Assembly (NCBI GenBank): GCA_049515915.1
Contig: JBEKTP010000006.1
Span: forward strand, 4,865 to 68,864
Direction of reading: 5' to 3'
Length of the DNA stretch: 64,000 nucleotides
Source of the DNA: Patescibacteria group bacterium
GTDB lineage: Bacteria > Patescibacteriota > UBA1384 > UBA12157 > JAENIV01
A model generated the notes under the pieces. It did not search any database. It had not been told where the DNA came from and was given only the letters and a program-made list of their open reading frames with translations. A program made the translations under genes and the position numbers. The first letter of the stretch is position 1. Each line of letters starts with the position of its first letter. This document shows positions 46,812-56,344 of this stretch, piece after piece.

Positions 46812-47021
46812 GTGATGGCGATGAAAATGAATGTCCTAGATTGGATTGTGATCGTTTTGGTGGTGATTGGCGCTCTCAACTGGGGACTAGTTGGTATTTT
46901 CCGATATGACGTTGTAAAATCTATTTTTGGCGACATGACGACGCTTACAAGAATCATCTATACCCTCGTCGGCCTCTCCGGTCTCTACCTGATCTTTACG
47001 GTCGGTAAATACAACAAATAG
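46812..47021 (+). CDS. DUF378-family small membrane protein
   Basis: LDWIVIVLVVIGALNWGLVGIF...TLVGLSGLYLIF two-TM pattern typical of DUF378. Confidence 0.5.
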   Translation: MMAMKMNVLDWIVIVLVVIGALNWGLVGIFRYDVVKSIFGDMTTLTRIIYTLVGLSGLYLIFTVGKYNK

Positions 47022-47146
47022 AGATTCTAAAACAAAATCCACCCTTGATTTTTCAGACGGGTTTTATCATTTAAAATAAATTGCTCCACCCAGAAGTACT
47101 GGCAGGATTTTATTCGAAAAGTCCATTAATGATGTAAAATAGATTT

Positions 47147-47632
47147 ATGACCTATCTAATTTTAGTTATGGTCTTTAGTCTTTTGATTTTAGTGGGCGCG
47201 GCTAGCTTCTTACTGATGATTTTTCCGGCCCATCTTTATTTACTTGCCATCACTTTAGTTTTTGGCTTTATTGATCATTTCCAACATCTTAAATTTTGGG
47301 AGTGGGGGATTTTAGCCGGAGTAGTAGTCATCATGACGCTGGTCGATTGGCTTGCCGGACTTTTAGGCGCCCAATTTTCCGGCGCTTCGAAAAAATCACT
47401 TTGGTGGGGATTGATCGGCATGATTATCGGCCTTTTAGTCTTTCCCCCATTCGGCAGTTTAATTGGATTATTTTTAGGTGTTTTAATCGTCGAATTAATT
47501 TATTATAAAGAATACCGCCGCGCTTTTCGCGCCGCCGCCGGCAGTTTGCTCGGTAAAATAAGTGGAACAATTTTAAACTTAATTTTGGCCATATTATTCT
47601 TGATTTTATTCATCTTTTTTGCTTTAAAATAA
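47147..47632 (+). CDS. DUF456-family membrane protein
   Basis: Four TM helices with GLLGAQFSGAS...GSLIGLFLGVLIVE pattern. Confidence 0.45.
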   Translation: MTYLILVMVFSLLILVGAASFLLMIFPAHLYLLAITLVFGFIDHFQHLKFWEWGILAGVVVIMTLVDWLAGLLGAQFSGASKKSLWWGLIGMIIGLLVFPPFGSLIGLFLGVLIVELIYYKEYRRAFRAAAGSLLGKISGTILNLILAILFLILFIFFALK

Positions 47633-47655
47633 ATGTTTTCAAAACGAAAGGAAAA

Positions 47656-47796
47656 AATGGCTAAAGTGTCAAAAGTCGGAGAGAAATTTATCTGTCTTGT
47701 CTGCGGCAACGAAGTCGAAGTTACCAAAGCCGGCGGTGGTGAACTTACCTGCTGTAACCGACCGATGTCTCAAACTTCTTAATTTACTCTTCTTGA
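47656..47796 (+). CDS. Desulforedoxin-like small metal-binding protein (46 aa), not in ORF track
   Basis: Manual translation: MAKVSKVGEKFICLVCGNEVEVTKAGGGELTCCNRTDVSNFLIYSS. The CxxC...GGG..CC pattern matches the desulforedoxin/Dfx N-domain. Confidence 0.45.
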
Positions 47797-47865
47797 CCTG
47801 ACGCGACGCTAAAGACCGTCTGCCTTTTGATTTTTAAATATAGTAAAATGAAAGTGGGAGGATGA

Positions 47866-48174
47866 GTGAATTTATCAATGTTTATTGGTCTTATTTTGCT
47901 ACTTTTGGGCGTGGCCGGTGTTTGGGCTTCAAGAATTAAATTTCCTCATGCGCCGCAATACTTTCCCTCAGGAACAGTTTTAAAATACGAACGCACCGGT
48001 TACTTTCTTGGCCTCCTCGGCGTTTTTTTAATTGGCTGGGGAATTTTTTCCAACATTTCCAATTTTACTTTAAGAACGATTCTAAAAATATTGCTTGTCA
48101 TTATTGTTCTCTGGATAGGCTATCAGTTTTACCACACAAACGTTTGGGACTGGCACCGATTTGTAAAATTCTAA
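47866..48174 (+). CDS. Hypothetical small membrane protein
   Basis: Three predicted TM helices. Confidence 0.3.
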   Translation: MNLSMFIGLILLLLGVAGVWASRIKFPHAPQYFPSGTVLKYERTGYFLGLLGVFLIGWGIFSNISNFTLRTILKILLVIIVLWIGYQFYHTNVWDWHRFVKF

Positions 48175-48185
48175 AAAGGAGAAAA

Positions 48186-48671
48186 ATGATTCAGGAAATT
48201 AAAAACCGCCGCAGTATTCGCCAATTCAAAAATGAGCCGGTTCCGGACGAAACAATCAAAGAAATTATTAAAGCCGCCCATTTTGCGCCGTCAGGCCGAG
48301 GCATTCGAGCCTGGGAATTTTTCGTGATTAAAGACAACCTCACTAAAAAGAAAATTGCCGAAATTGGCCAGCAAGAATTTTTAGCTCGGGCCCCCGTTTT
48401 AATTTTGCCGGTCGTCGACAAGACAAAAACTAATTTAGCCGTTCAAGATCTCGCCTTGGCTTCCGGCTATCTTTTTTTGGCCGCTCAAGAGCAGGGTTTG
48501 GGGACTGTTTGGAAAAATCTAAACTCCGAGCAGGCTAAGATGATTAAAAAACTTTTAGAAATTCCGGAAAATTTCTTAGCGATCAATATTATTCCGGTCG
48601 GCCGACCGGCCAAGAAGATACCGCCGCATCAAGATAAAGATTTTGATGAAAAAATAATTCATTTTCGATAA
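48186..48671 (+). CDS. Nitroreductase-family protein
   Basis: IKNRRSIRQF...AAHFAPSGRG..WEF FMN-nitroreductase N-terminus. RBS AAAGGAG. Confidence 0.7.
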   Translation: MIQEIKNRRSIRQFKNEPVPDETIKEIIKAAHFAPSGRGIRAWEFFVIKDNLTKKKIAEIGQQEFLARAPVLILPVVDKTKTNLAVQDLALASGYLFLAAQEQGLGTVWKNLNSEQAKMIKKLLEIPENFLAINIIPVGRPAKKIPPHQDKDFDEKIIHFR

Positions 48672-48790
48672 TTGTACTTTGTAGTTGACTATGATATTTT
48701 TGAAAAGTTCATGGCTTTTTAAAGATTTTGATTTTAATATCAGCTTTATTTTATGATGGATTTTCTTATGGCTAAGAAATTGGAGGATTA

Positions 48791-49282
48791 ATGGAAGAAA
48801 ATATTTCCGTCCCGCGCCGAATCGAGCAGATTGAAACTTTTGAAAAAGAAAATAAAGAAGCTCGGTTAATGCTTAAAGAATCATTGGAAAACGACCCCGC
48901 TTATTTAGAATCAGTTGAAGAGGTTCGTTCGGCCACAGCCGAACGCCAGAAAATTAAAACGGAAATATTAAATAAAACGGAAAACCAAAAAATTCAAGCG
49001 GAAATAAAAGAAAATAAAGTGGAGCTTGAAACTTTGCGGGAAATTTTATCGACCGAATTAATCAAAATTTATCAAGAAAAACAAACTGATGAAGTTGTCG
49101 ATCAATACGGCGAGTCTCGCAAGTTTAAAATTATCGTTAAATTACTCCCTAGAAAAAAGAGATACGACGAAAGAGACGAGGAGGGAAAATTTTCGAAATC
49201 CGAGGGAGAAATGATTCCCGAAGGAACAGTGATGCGCGAACTGCCTGAAATAAATGCTGATTTGAAAAATGAAAAAGAATAA
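48791..49282 (+). CDS. Hypothetical coiled-coil protein
   Basis: Charged, heptad-like, 163 aa. Confidence 0.3.
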   Translation: MEENISVPRRIEQIETFEKENKEARLMLKESLENDPAYLESVEEVRSATAERQKIKTEILNKTENQKIQAEIKENKVELETLREILSTELIKIYQEKQTDEVVDQYGESRKFKIIVKLLPRKKRYDERDEEGKFSKSEGEMIPEGTVMRELPEINADLKNEKE

Positions 49283-50000
49283 TTTTTGGTTTGAAAAAAT
49301 TCCCAAACCGATTATTGGACTGGCACCAATGCATGGTTTCACCAAAAGCGATTTTCGATTAAAATGCCGCTGGTTTGGGGCCGACGTGGTTTATTCGGAA
49401 ATGATTGCCGCCGAAGCGGTCATTCGGCGCGTTGATAAAGCGTTTGAAATGATCAAATTTAACAAGGCTGAGCGACCGATTGTTATCCAGATTTTTGGTT
49501 CGAATCCCAAAACGATGGCTAAAGCGGTAACAATTATTGAAAAAGAATTTTCGCCCGACGGGATTGATATCAACTTTGGCTGTCCGGTCCAAAAGGCAGC
49601 TAAACAAAACTTTGGCGCCGTGCAGTTGAGCAATCCAGATAGCGCCGTCAAGATTACTAAAGCGATAAAAAATGCGCTCGATCACACTCCTATTTCGGCG
49701 AAGATGCGATTACCGAATACTGATATCAAAAGCGCCATTAATTTTGTCAGCGCCATCAAAAACGCTGGTATCAAACTCATCGCCGTTCATGGCCGCACCG
49801 CCACCCAAAAATATCGAGGGCAAGCCGATTGGCAACCGATTTATGAAATCAAAAAGAAATTTCCAGATCTTTATGTTTTAGGCAACGGTGATATTAAATC
49901 CAAAAAAGATTTTGATAATAAAGTCGGTAATCTCGATGGCGTTCTCATCGGCCGTGCCGCCAAAAATAATCCGGAGATATTTTTAGAACTCAACAAGTAG
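49269..50000 (+). CDS. tRNA-dihydrouridine synthase (Dus family)
   Basis: LAPMHGFTKSDFRL, IDINFGCPVQKAAKQNFGA (catalytic Cys region), HGRTATQKYRGQADW. Confidence 0.7.
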   Translation: MKKNNFWFEKIPKPIIGLAPMHGFTKSDFRLKCRWFGADVVYSEMIAAEAVIRRVDKAFEMIKFNKAERPIVIQIFGSNPKTMAKAVTIIEKEFSPDGIDINFGCPVQKAAKQNFGAVQLSNPDSAVKITKAIKNALDHTPISAKMRLPNTDIKSAINFVSAIKNAGIKLIAVHGRTATQKYRGQADWQPIYEIKKKFPDLYVLGNGDIKSKKDFDNKVGNLDGVLIGRAAKNNPEIFLELNK

Positions 50001-50036
50001 AAACTCAATCTTGGCATTGATTGAATCAACAAAGTC

Positions 50037-51107
50037 CTAATTATATTCGACAATTAATCGATTATATTGATCGACTTGATTATTATAGGCCGAAATCTCG
50101 CTTTGAACTTTGGCCAATAAACTATTGTAAGCCGGAACGTTGGCGTTATAAGTCGCGATATCACCGATGGACTTATAACCATCAAGTGCCGTACCGAGAT
50201 TTTTAAGATTTGCCTCATCAGTATTAATTTGGGTATTTTCTTGGTTTAAACTCTGTTTTAAAGCCGTAATTTGATTGGATAACTCAATGGTCGCGACAAT
50301 CCCGCCGTAAGTTATACCATTAGTCTTAGCGATAATCTGTGGGTTGGAAAGTTCTTGGCCCGAAGCGACACTTTGATTTGTATTATAAGCAGGTAAAGCT
50401 TCCAGGGCACTCGCCTGGGAATTGTCTTTTAGCTCGGGGATTAAGCCAATTTTATTACCCGAAGTTGTTGTCTCGGCAAAACAATAGCCCGAATTATAAG
50501 AAGAATATTGAGCCGAGCACTCGACCCCCACTGCCATATGCTCATCTTGCGGAAAAAGAAAAACCGCCGTGCCAAAACCTTCTTGGCGGATTAAAGCGTC
50601 ATAGAGCAGGCTTTTATCGCTACAAATCCCCAAGTCTTCATAAAGCGTTTCGTAGGGATATCTTGGATGGGTCAAATCGGTTTGGGCCCGCGTCACATCA
50701 TAAGGAATAGCTTGGACAAAAGTTAGAGTCATTTCCGCCATCTGATCTTGGGTAAGGTTTTTCGCTCTTCCTAAAACTTCAAGATTAGTCGCCACTTGGC
50801 TGATGGTCTGATCCTTTTTGGGAAAGTTCAGATATTTATCAATTGAACTTTCTTCTTGACCGGTTAAAATCCCTTTTTCTTGATGGGCATAATATTGGTC
50901 AATGCTAAGATAAAGAGTTTCATCAAATGTATAATTTTGATGTTGATATTCCCACTGATAAGTCATTTCTTTGGGACCTTGCGGCGTGGGAAATCGACCC
51001 TGCCATACCAAATAAAATTCAAGAGCACTTAAAATAAAACCGATGAGTAAAACGGTTTTTAAAAGGCTCCAAAAATAGTTCTTGGGTGATTTTAAATTTT
51101 TTTCCAT
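50037..51107 (-). CDS. Membrane-anchored transglutaminase-like (papain-fold) domain protein
   Basis: N-terminal TM. GICSDKSLLYDALIRQEGFG...HMAVGVE resembles the TGase-like Cys/His core. Start set at MEKNLKSPK to abut HU. Confidence 0.35.
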   Translation of the reverse strand: MEKNLKSPKNYFWSLLKTVLLIGFILSALEFYLVWQGRFPTPQGPKEMTYQWEYQHQNYTFDETLYLSIDQYYAHQEKGILTGQEESSIDKYLNFPKKDQTISQVATNLEVLGRAKNLTQDQMAEMTLTFVQAIPYDVTRAQTDLTHPRYPYETLYEDLGICSDKSLLYDALIRQEGFGTAVFLFPQDEHMAVGVECSAQYSSYNSGYCFAETTTSGNKIGLIPELKDNSQASALEALPAYNTNQSVASGQELSNPQIIAKTNGITYGGIVATIELSNQITALKQSLNQENTQINTDEANLKNLGTALDGYKSIGDIATYNANVPAYNSLLAKVQSEISAYNNQVDQYNRLIVEYN

Positions 51108-51108
51108 T

Positions 51109-51372
51109 TTAAGCTCGGAAGTCCGATCCCGCTTTAAAATGTGGCAAAAATTTTTCAGGAATTTCGTGAGCTCTTTGAGTTTTGGGATTAATAAATGTTT
51201 TGGCTTTTCGTTTTGAAAGCAAAAATGTCCCAAAGCCCGAGATGGTCACTTTTTCGCCGCGGAGCAACCCTTCTTTAATTGTTTCAACGAAAGCATCAAT
51301 GATACGAATGGCCTCGTCTTCCGAAATGCCCGTATTTTTAGAAATGACTGCCACTAGCTCTGGTTTTTCCAT
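51109..51372 (-). CDS. DNA-binding protein HU
   Basis: ISGFGTF..R..R.GRNP.T arm motif, 87 aa. Confidence 0.8.
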   Translation of the reverse strand: MEKPELVAVISKNTGISEDEAIRIIDAFVETIKEGLLRGEKVTISGFGTFLLSKRKAKTFINPKTQRAHEIPEKFLPHFKAGSDFRA

Positions 51373-51389
51373 TTTTCCTCCTTAAAAAC

Positions 51390-52880
51390 CTATTTGGCAA
51401 ATTCAATCGCCCTGGTTTCGCGAATAACATTAACTTTAATCATCCCCGGATATTGCAGATCGTCTTCAATTTTTTTGGCGATATTTTTCGAAAGTTTAAT
51501 CGCTTCCAAATCATCGATGGCCTCCGGTTTTACCAGAATTCGCACTTCTCGGCCGGCTTGGATGGCGTAAGATTTTTCCACACCCGGAAAAGCATTAGCA
51601 ATATTTTCCAATTCCTCCAAACGCTTGACGTAGTTTTCCAAAGTTTCACGGCGGGCGCCAGGCCGCGAGGAAGAAATGGCATCAGCCGCTTTAACAATGA
51701 TCGCTTCTACCGATTTGGCCTCAATATCGTCGTGATGAGCCATAATCGCGTGAACAATATCTTCCGAAAGACCGTATTTTTTAGCAATGTCGCCGCTGAT
51801 GTGATGATGGGGACCGGGAATATCGTGATCAACCGCTTTGCCGATATCGTGCAAAAGAGCGGCCTTTTTGGCCAAATTCACGTCCGCGCCCAGTTCCGAA
51901 GCGAGCATCCCCGCAATATAAGCCGATTCAATCGAATGCTGCAAAACATTTTGGCCGTAGGAAGTTCGAAATTTCAACCGTCCTAAAATTTTCAATAAAT
52001 CGGGATGCAAACCCGCGACGCCGACTTCGTAAGCGGCTTGCTCGCCGGCTTCCTTGACTTGCTGACCAATTTCTTCTTTGGCTTTTTTGACCACTTCCTC
52101 AATGCGCGTCGGATGAATTCGGCCATCGGCAATCAGTTTTTCCAGAGCAACCTTAGCAATATTTCGCCGGATAGGATCAAAGGCAGAAATAACCACCGTG
52201 TCGGGCGTGTCATCGATAATTAAATCAGTGCCCGTTTCCTTTTCAAAAATTTGGATATTGCGACCTTCGCGCCCGATAATTCGTCCCTTCATTTCATCGG
52301 ACGGCAAACTGACCGCCGTCGTCGTCGTCTCGACCGTATGCTCGGAAGCTAACCGCTGAATCACCGACGAAAGAATCTCACGGGCCATTAATTGAGCTTC
52401 TTCTTTGGCGATCTCTTTCTGCTCTTTGATTTTCTTAATCAAATCGTCTTTATATTCTTTCTCGACTTGCCGCAGCAATAGATCCAATGCCTCTTCCCTT
52501 TTTAATTTGCTAATTTTTTCAAGGGCTTCTTCGTGTTTTTCTCTAACAGCCGTAATTTCAGTTTTAATCACCTCGATTTCTTTTTCTTTTTCGAGAACTT
52601 TGTTTCGTTCGACATCGACTGATTCCGACCGATTATCAAGTGACTCCTCGCGCCGGCGAAGATTTTTTTCGAGCTCTTGGAGATCTTTTTTTAAATCTTC
52701 TTCTTCTTTTTTCGCTTGTTCTTTAATCTTTAAAGCTTCGTCTTTAGCTTCAAGTAAAATTTCTTTTTGTTTTTGGAAAACTTGATCTTTTTGTCTTTTG
52801 GCGATATAGATTCGTCCCATATAACCAACCGCCCCACCGCCCACGGCCGTGGCTATTAAATACAATATTAAATTGACCAT
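51390..52880 (-). CDS. rny: Ribonuclease Y
   Basis: N-terminal TM, long coiled coil, KH ([12 protein letters not shown]), HD domain (LLHDIGK...HH.S). Confidence 0.85.
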   Translation of the reverse strand: MVNLILYLIATAVGGGAVGYMGRIYIAKRQKDQVFQKQKEILLEAKDEALKIKEQAKKEEEDLKKDLQELEKNLRRREESLDNRSESVDVERNKVLEKEKEIEVIKTEITAVREKHEEALEKISKLKREEALDLLLRQVEKEYKDDLIKKIKEQKEIAKEEAQLMAREILSSVIQRLASEHTVETTTTAVSLPSDEMKGRIIGREGRNIQIFEKETGTDLIIDDTPDTVVISAFDPIRRNIAKVALEKLIADGRIHPTRIEEVVKKAKEEIGQQVKEAGEQAAYEVGVAGLHPDLLKILGRLKFRTSYGQNVLQHSIESAYIAGMLASELGADVNLAKKAALLHDIGKAVDHDIPGPHHHISGDIAKKYGLSEDIVHAIMAHHDDIEAKSVEAIIVKAADAISSSRPGARRETLENYVKRLEELENIANAFPGVEKSYAIQAGREVRILVKPEAIDDLEAIKLSKNIAKKIEDDLQYPGMIKVNVIRETRAIEFAK

Positions 52881-52979
52881 TGCCTGCTCCGATCATTGAA
52901 CCTTCCTTTTAAGATAGAAAAACCAGTCTAATTATATAACATCTAGGTGGGAATGTCAAAAAATGTGAGTTCATGATTT

Positions 52980-54039
52980 CTACTCTCTTAGCCAAAACCA
53001 ATATTGATTTTCTAACTCTTGGTGAAGTTCATAAGTATTAGCGTGAGACAAAACGCCAAGATATGAATTTAAGGACTGTTTTATTGTCTCTTCGCTAATT
53101 AATCCTGTTTTATATTCCTTTACTCCTAGCTTTAACTTCTGGAAAATTCTTCTTTTTGTCTTAGTCCTTAAAAGCCGATGCTTTGGAAAGACGACAAAGC
53201 CCAAAAAATCAATTCCCTGACGAAATTTTCTAATCAAGATTTTGTTCGGATGAATTTCTAATTTGAGTTTTGTGGTTAAAAAAGCTTTTATTTTAGGGAT
53301 TAAATTCAACAAACATCTTTCGTTATCTGACACAATCACAAAATCGTCGGTATATCGAACGTAATACTTTACTTTTAAGCTGTGTTTTATAAAATAATCA
53401 AATTCATTAAGATAAATATTGGCAAAAAGCTGGCTGGTTAAGTTGCCGATGGGTATTCCCCGGCCGAAGGCCGTCTCTCTCTCTCTCTCTCGATTCGAAC
53501 GGGAAACTTTCAATAATTTCTCTTAGAAGCCAAATAGTGTTATCATCTTTAATTTTTTTGGTGATAATCGAAAGTAAAATTTTATGATCAGTTGAATCAA
53601 AAAATTTCTTAATGTCACATTTTAAAACGAAACAAGATTTTTGGCTATTTTTGCTGACTTTATTTAATGCATAAGCTAAATAATTTACCCCTTTATGAGT
53701 TCCTTTCTTAACCCGACAGGAAAAGGAGTGGGCGATAAACGTAGGCTCAAAAAGCGGATTTAGAACCCGAAAAACCGCATGGTGTAAAATCCGGTCTCGA
53801 ACAGCTGCCTTATGAATTTTTCGCTGTTTAGGATCGCAAATGGTAAATGAGGTATAGACACCATGTTTATATCTGTGATACTTTAAGTCGCGGTGAAGCT
53901 TTAAGATATTTGATTCTAAATTCCACTCGAATTCCAAAACATCTTTTTTCTTGAGCTTGTCTACCTTAAACTCTTCCCAAGCAAGAAAAAGATTTTCAAG
54001 TGAAATAATTTCGTCAAAAATATCAGTATAAAATTTCAT
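52980..54039 (-). pseudogene. DGR-type reverse transcriptase split into two overlapping frames at a (GA)n tract
   Basis: ORF 53407..54039 carries RT motifs 1-3 (RKIHKAAVRDRILHHAV, CDIKKFFDSTDHKIL). ORF 52980..53513 carries the DGR hallmark IGNLTSQ (IGxxxSQ) and YxDD (YVRYTDDFVIV). The frames differ by +1 and meet at the tract. Confidence 0.65.
53474..53490. repeat. (TC)8.5/(GA)8.5 dinucleotide microsatellite at the RT frameshift site
   Basis: tctctctctctctctct on the + strand, coding RERERE in both RT frames. Confidence 0.9.
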
Positions 54040-54053
54040 CGAAAGTAAAACCG

Positions 54054-54401
54054 ATGCAAGAATTCGATATTCCCATCTTTAAGAAAACTTATGAACTTTA
54101 CAAAAATTTTCATTTCGTTAGAAACACAGCGCCCAAACAAGAACGCTACACTATTTTTCTAAAATGTGAAAATATTATCCTTGAAATTATCGAAGGGATT
54201 TTAGAAGCGAGCGAGCTTTACAAAAATGAAAAAATGCCAGTTTTGAGAAAAACCAGCCGGAAACTGAATTTACTGAGAGTTTTCGTGCGTTTAATGAAAG
54301 ATACGGAATCGATTAAATTGAAAGACTACACCGTAATGGAAGAAGAGATTGACGAAATTGGCCGCATGCTCGGCGGCTGGATCAAGTCTACTAAGGAATA
54401 A
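54054..54401 (+). CDS. avd: Four-helix-bundle protein (23S rRNA IVS protein family), Avd-like accessory variability determinant
   Basis: 115 aa. ...YELYKNF..NTAPKQERYTIFLKCENIILEIIEG......IDEIGRMLGGWIKS matches the PF05635/TIGR02436 pattern. Divergent from the RT with a 14-bp gap. Confidence 0.75.
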   Translation: MQEFDIPIFKKTYELYKNFHFVRNTAPKQERYTIFLKCENIILEIIEGILEASELYKNEKMPVLRKTSRKLNLLRVFVRLMKDTESIKLKDYTVMEEEIDEIGRMLGGWIKSTKE

Positions 54402-54412
54402 AAGAAAAACGC

Positions 54413-55363
54413 CTACTTTCGCAAGCGTCTTTCTTTTACAAGGAGAGACTTCGGGAGGAAGCCAGATGCAGAGCCATAGCACCCGCTGGCATCGTCAATC
54501 CAGCGGGAGCCGAACCAGACCTCATCGTCGCGGAAGCGGAAGCACGGCGCGCCGTCGAACTGGCCACCGGCTCCCGAACTGAATTCGTCTCCGGCACAAT
54601 CGATCCAGAGGTCGTCATAGCGCTGAAGGCGTACCGGATTGGTCAGGATCATGACCCCAACCACGAAGGCTCCTAGACCAAATTCGCCCGTCGTGCATTC
54701 AATGACGACACGAGCTCGGCGAACGCTGCGGCCCCGATGGCGAATGCCGAACTGGGCCGGGACGACCAGAATGTCGGGGTTGCCCTGAACTTCGGCAAGT
54801 TCCTTCCAGAACTTCTTGGAACGAGCCGACTGGCGCAGGTGCTTTTCGTCAATCTGGCCCTCACGGTAGTTATAGAACCTACCGTCGCGAGCCTTCTTGA
54901 TTGCGTTGAGCACGGTCTGCACCGCCTGGCTGTAGGTCGAGCCGAAGGTCCCAGGATTCTTCATCCAGTTGGGGATGGCAAACCATCCCTCGGCACCCAC
55001 AGGCAGTTCGACCTCACCCTTCTCGATCTGCTGGAGCAGATCATGATTGGCGTAGCCGACGCCCGGGAACACTGCGCGGAGCTGGTTGCACTGTTCAGTG
55101 AGCCCGGCCGGCTTGCTGTAGCCGGAGAGGTAGCCGTACTTTGACGGCACTTCCTCGTCGCTGAATTCGTTTCTGACGCGATGCTCAGCGATGAAGTTAC
55201 CGATCAAGTCGGCAAGGCCCGGCGTCTCGTTGACGCGCTGGGCCTCGTCTTCGGAGAGTGCCGCATTGTTGTATGCGGCTTCGACCACCGAGATGAACTT
55301 GAGACCCTTGGGGTCTCGGGTGGTAACAGACGGAGCCAATGCTTTCCTAGACATCGGAGCCAT
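54413..55363 (-). CDS. GC-rich hypothetical protein, candidate DGR target
   Basis: 316 aa, no family recognised. C-terminal Gly/Trp/Cys-containing segment (...VWFGSRWIDDASGCYGSASGF) abuts Avd and ends in a hairpin (54401-54436). Confidence 0.3.
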   Translation of the reverse strand: MAPMSRKALAPSVTTRDPKGLKFISVVEAAYNNAALSEDEAQRVNETPGLADLIGNFIAEHRVRNEFSDEEVPSKYGYLSGYSKPAGLTEQCNQLRAVFPGVGYANHDLLQQIEKGEVELPVGAEGWFAIPNWMKNPGTFGSTYSQAVQTVLNAIKKARDGRFYNYREGQIDEKHLRQSARSKKFWKELAEVQGNPDILVVPAQFGIRHRGRSVRRARVVIECTTGEFGLGAFVVGVMILTNPVRLQRYDDLWIDCAGDEFSSGAGGQFDGAPCFRFRDDEVWFGSRWIDDASGCYGSASGFLPKSLLVKERRLRK

Positions 55364-55514
55364 CCTCCTCGGATGTGATATGGCTATCTCCCTAATGGGA
55401 TAAGCACTCTATAAACCACCATTTTTACCTGATAAATGATTTACAAAGCGCTTACCCCATGTATGTTTTAAGGTTCAAAGTAACAACATATAATAACATG
55501 AATCAGATTAAAAA

Positions 55515-56258
55515 TCAAGTCTTTCGGCCGGAAATTATCATCGCTTTGCGGCCGGAATCGATATTATCTTGGCGGCCGGCCCAATCGTGAATGGCGTTAT
55601 ACAAAATGGTCGCATTGAACTGATAATGATCGCCGTGTTTGGTGCCCACATCTTGGACGATAAAATTATTTTGGTTATAGCCGATGATTAAAAGCATGTG
55701 ATAAACCGGCCCGGGCGCCGTGTAATAAGGGTTGCCCAATAACTGCCCCGCCGCCGGCACAATCACCGGATGATTTTGGGCAATTTCGCGTTTGATGCTT
55801 TCGATACTGACGTTATAATTGACAGTCAAGTCATTAATTTGATAATAATCTTTGGCGACCAAAACCAGTTGGGCTGAGGTCAAATCTTGAGGATAACCGT
55901 TGGCATTTTCCCACGCGACAATGGCTTGAATTTGGTTTTCCATTGTTTGGGCCGAAAGACTGGCGCCCGTTTGCCAATATTTAAATAGAATCAAAGTCGC
56001 TTCTTCACAAGCCTCTTCGTGGAGGGTGTCCCAATTGCCGAGTGGTGCTTGAGTTTGAAAAGGAAAACCTGAAATTAAATAAGAACTGGGAAGAGAAGAA
56101 GATGTTGATTGCTCCGGCGTCGGCGTGGGTGAAGAAAGTAATACTGGACTGGGCGAAGCCGCAAAATTTGAATTTGAATGCCCATACTTATAATTGATTA
56201 CCAAACCAACGGCCAAAATAACGACTAGAGCTAAAAATAAAAAAATGACTTTTTTCAC
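55515..56258 (-). CDS. Secreted C39-like peptidase-domain protein
   Basis: Signal peptide, Pro/Ser linker, QAPLGNWDTLHEEACEEA (Cys) and YHMLLIIGYNQNNFIVQD (His) resembling the Peptidase_C39_2 fold. Confidence 0.45.
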   Translation of the reverse strand: MKKVIFLFLALVVILAVGLVINYKYGHSNSNFAASPSPVLLSSPTPTPEQSTSSSLPSSYLISGFPFQTQAPLGNWDTLHEEACEEATLILFKYWQTGASLSAQTMENQIQAIVAWENANGYPQDLTSAQLVLVAKDYYQINDLTVNYNVSIESIKREIAQNHPVIVPAAGQLLGNPYYTAPGPVYHMLLIIGYNQNNFIVQDVGTKHGDHYQFNATILYNAIHDWAGRQDNIDSGRKAMIISGRKT

Positions 56259-56344
56259 TCATATATTTTAGCATTTTTCTTTATTCTTTTAAAAGGACTT
56301 TGACGTTTTTTGAATATTAAAACTAAAAGATTTAAAATAAAAAC

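Noticed and set aside
54420-54600. Calling the 3' end of the GC-rich ORF a confirmed DGR variable region
   Set aside because: No matching template repeat could be found by eye anywhere near the RT. Left as a candidate only.
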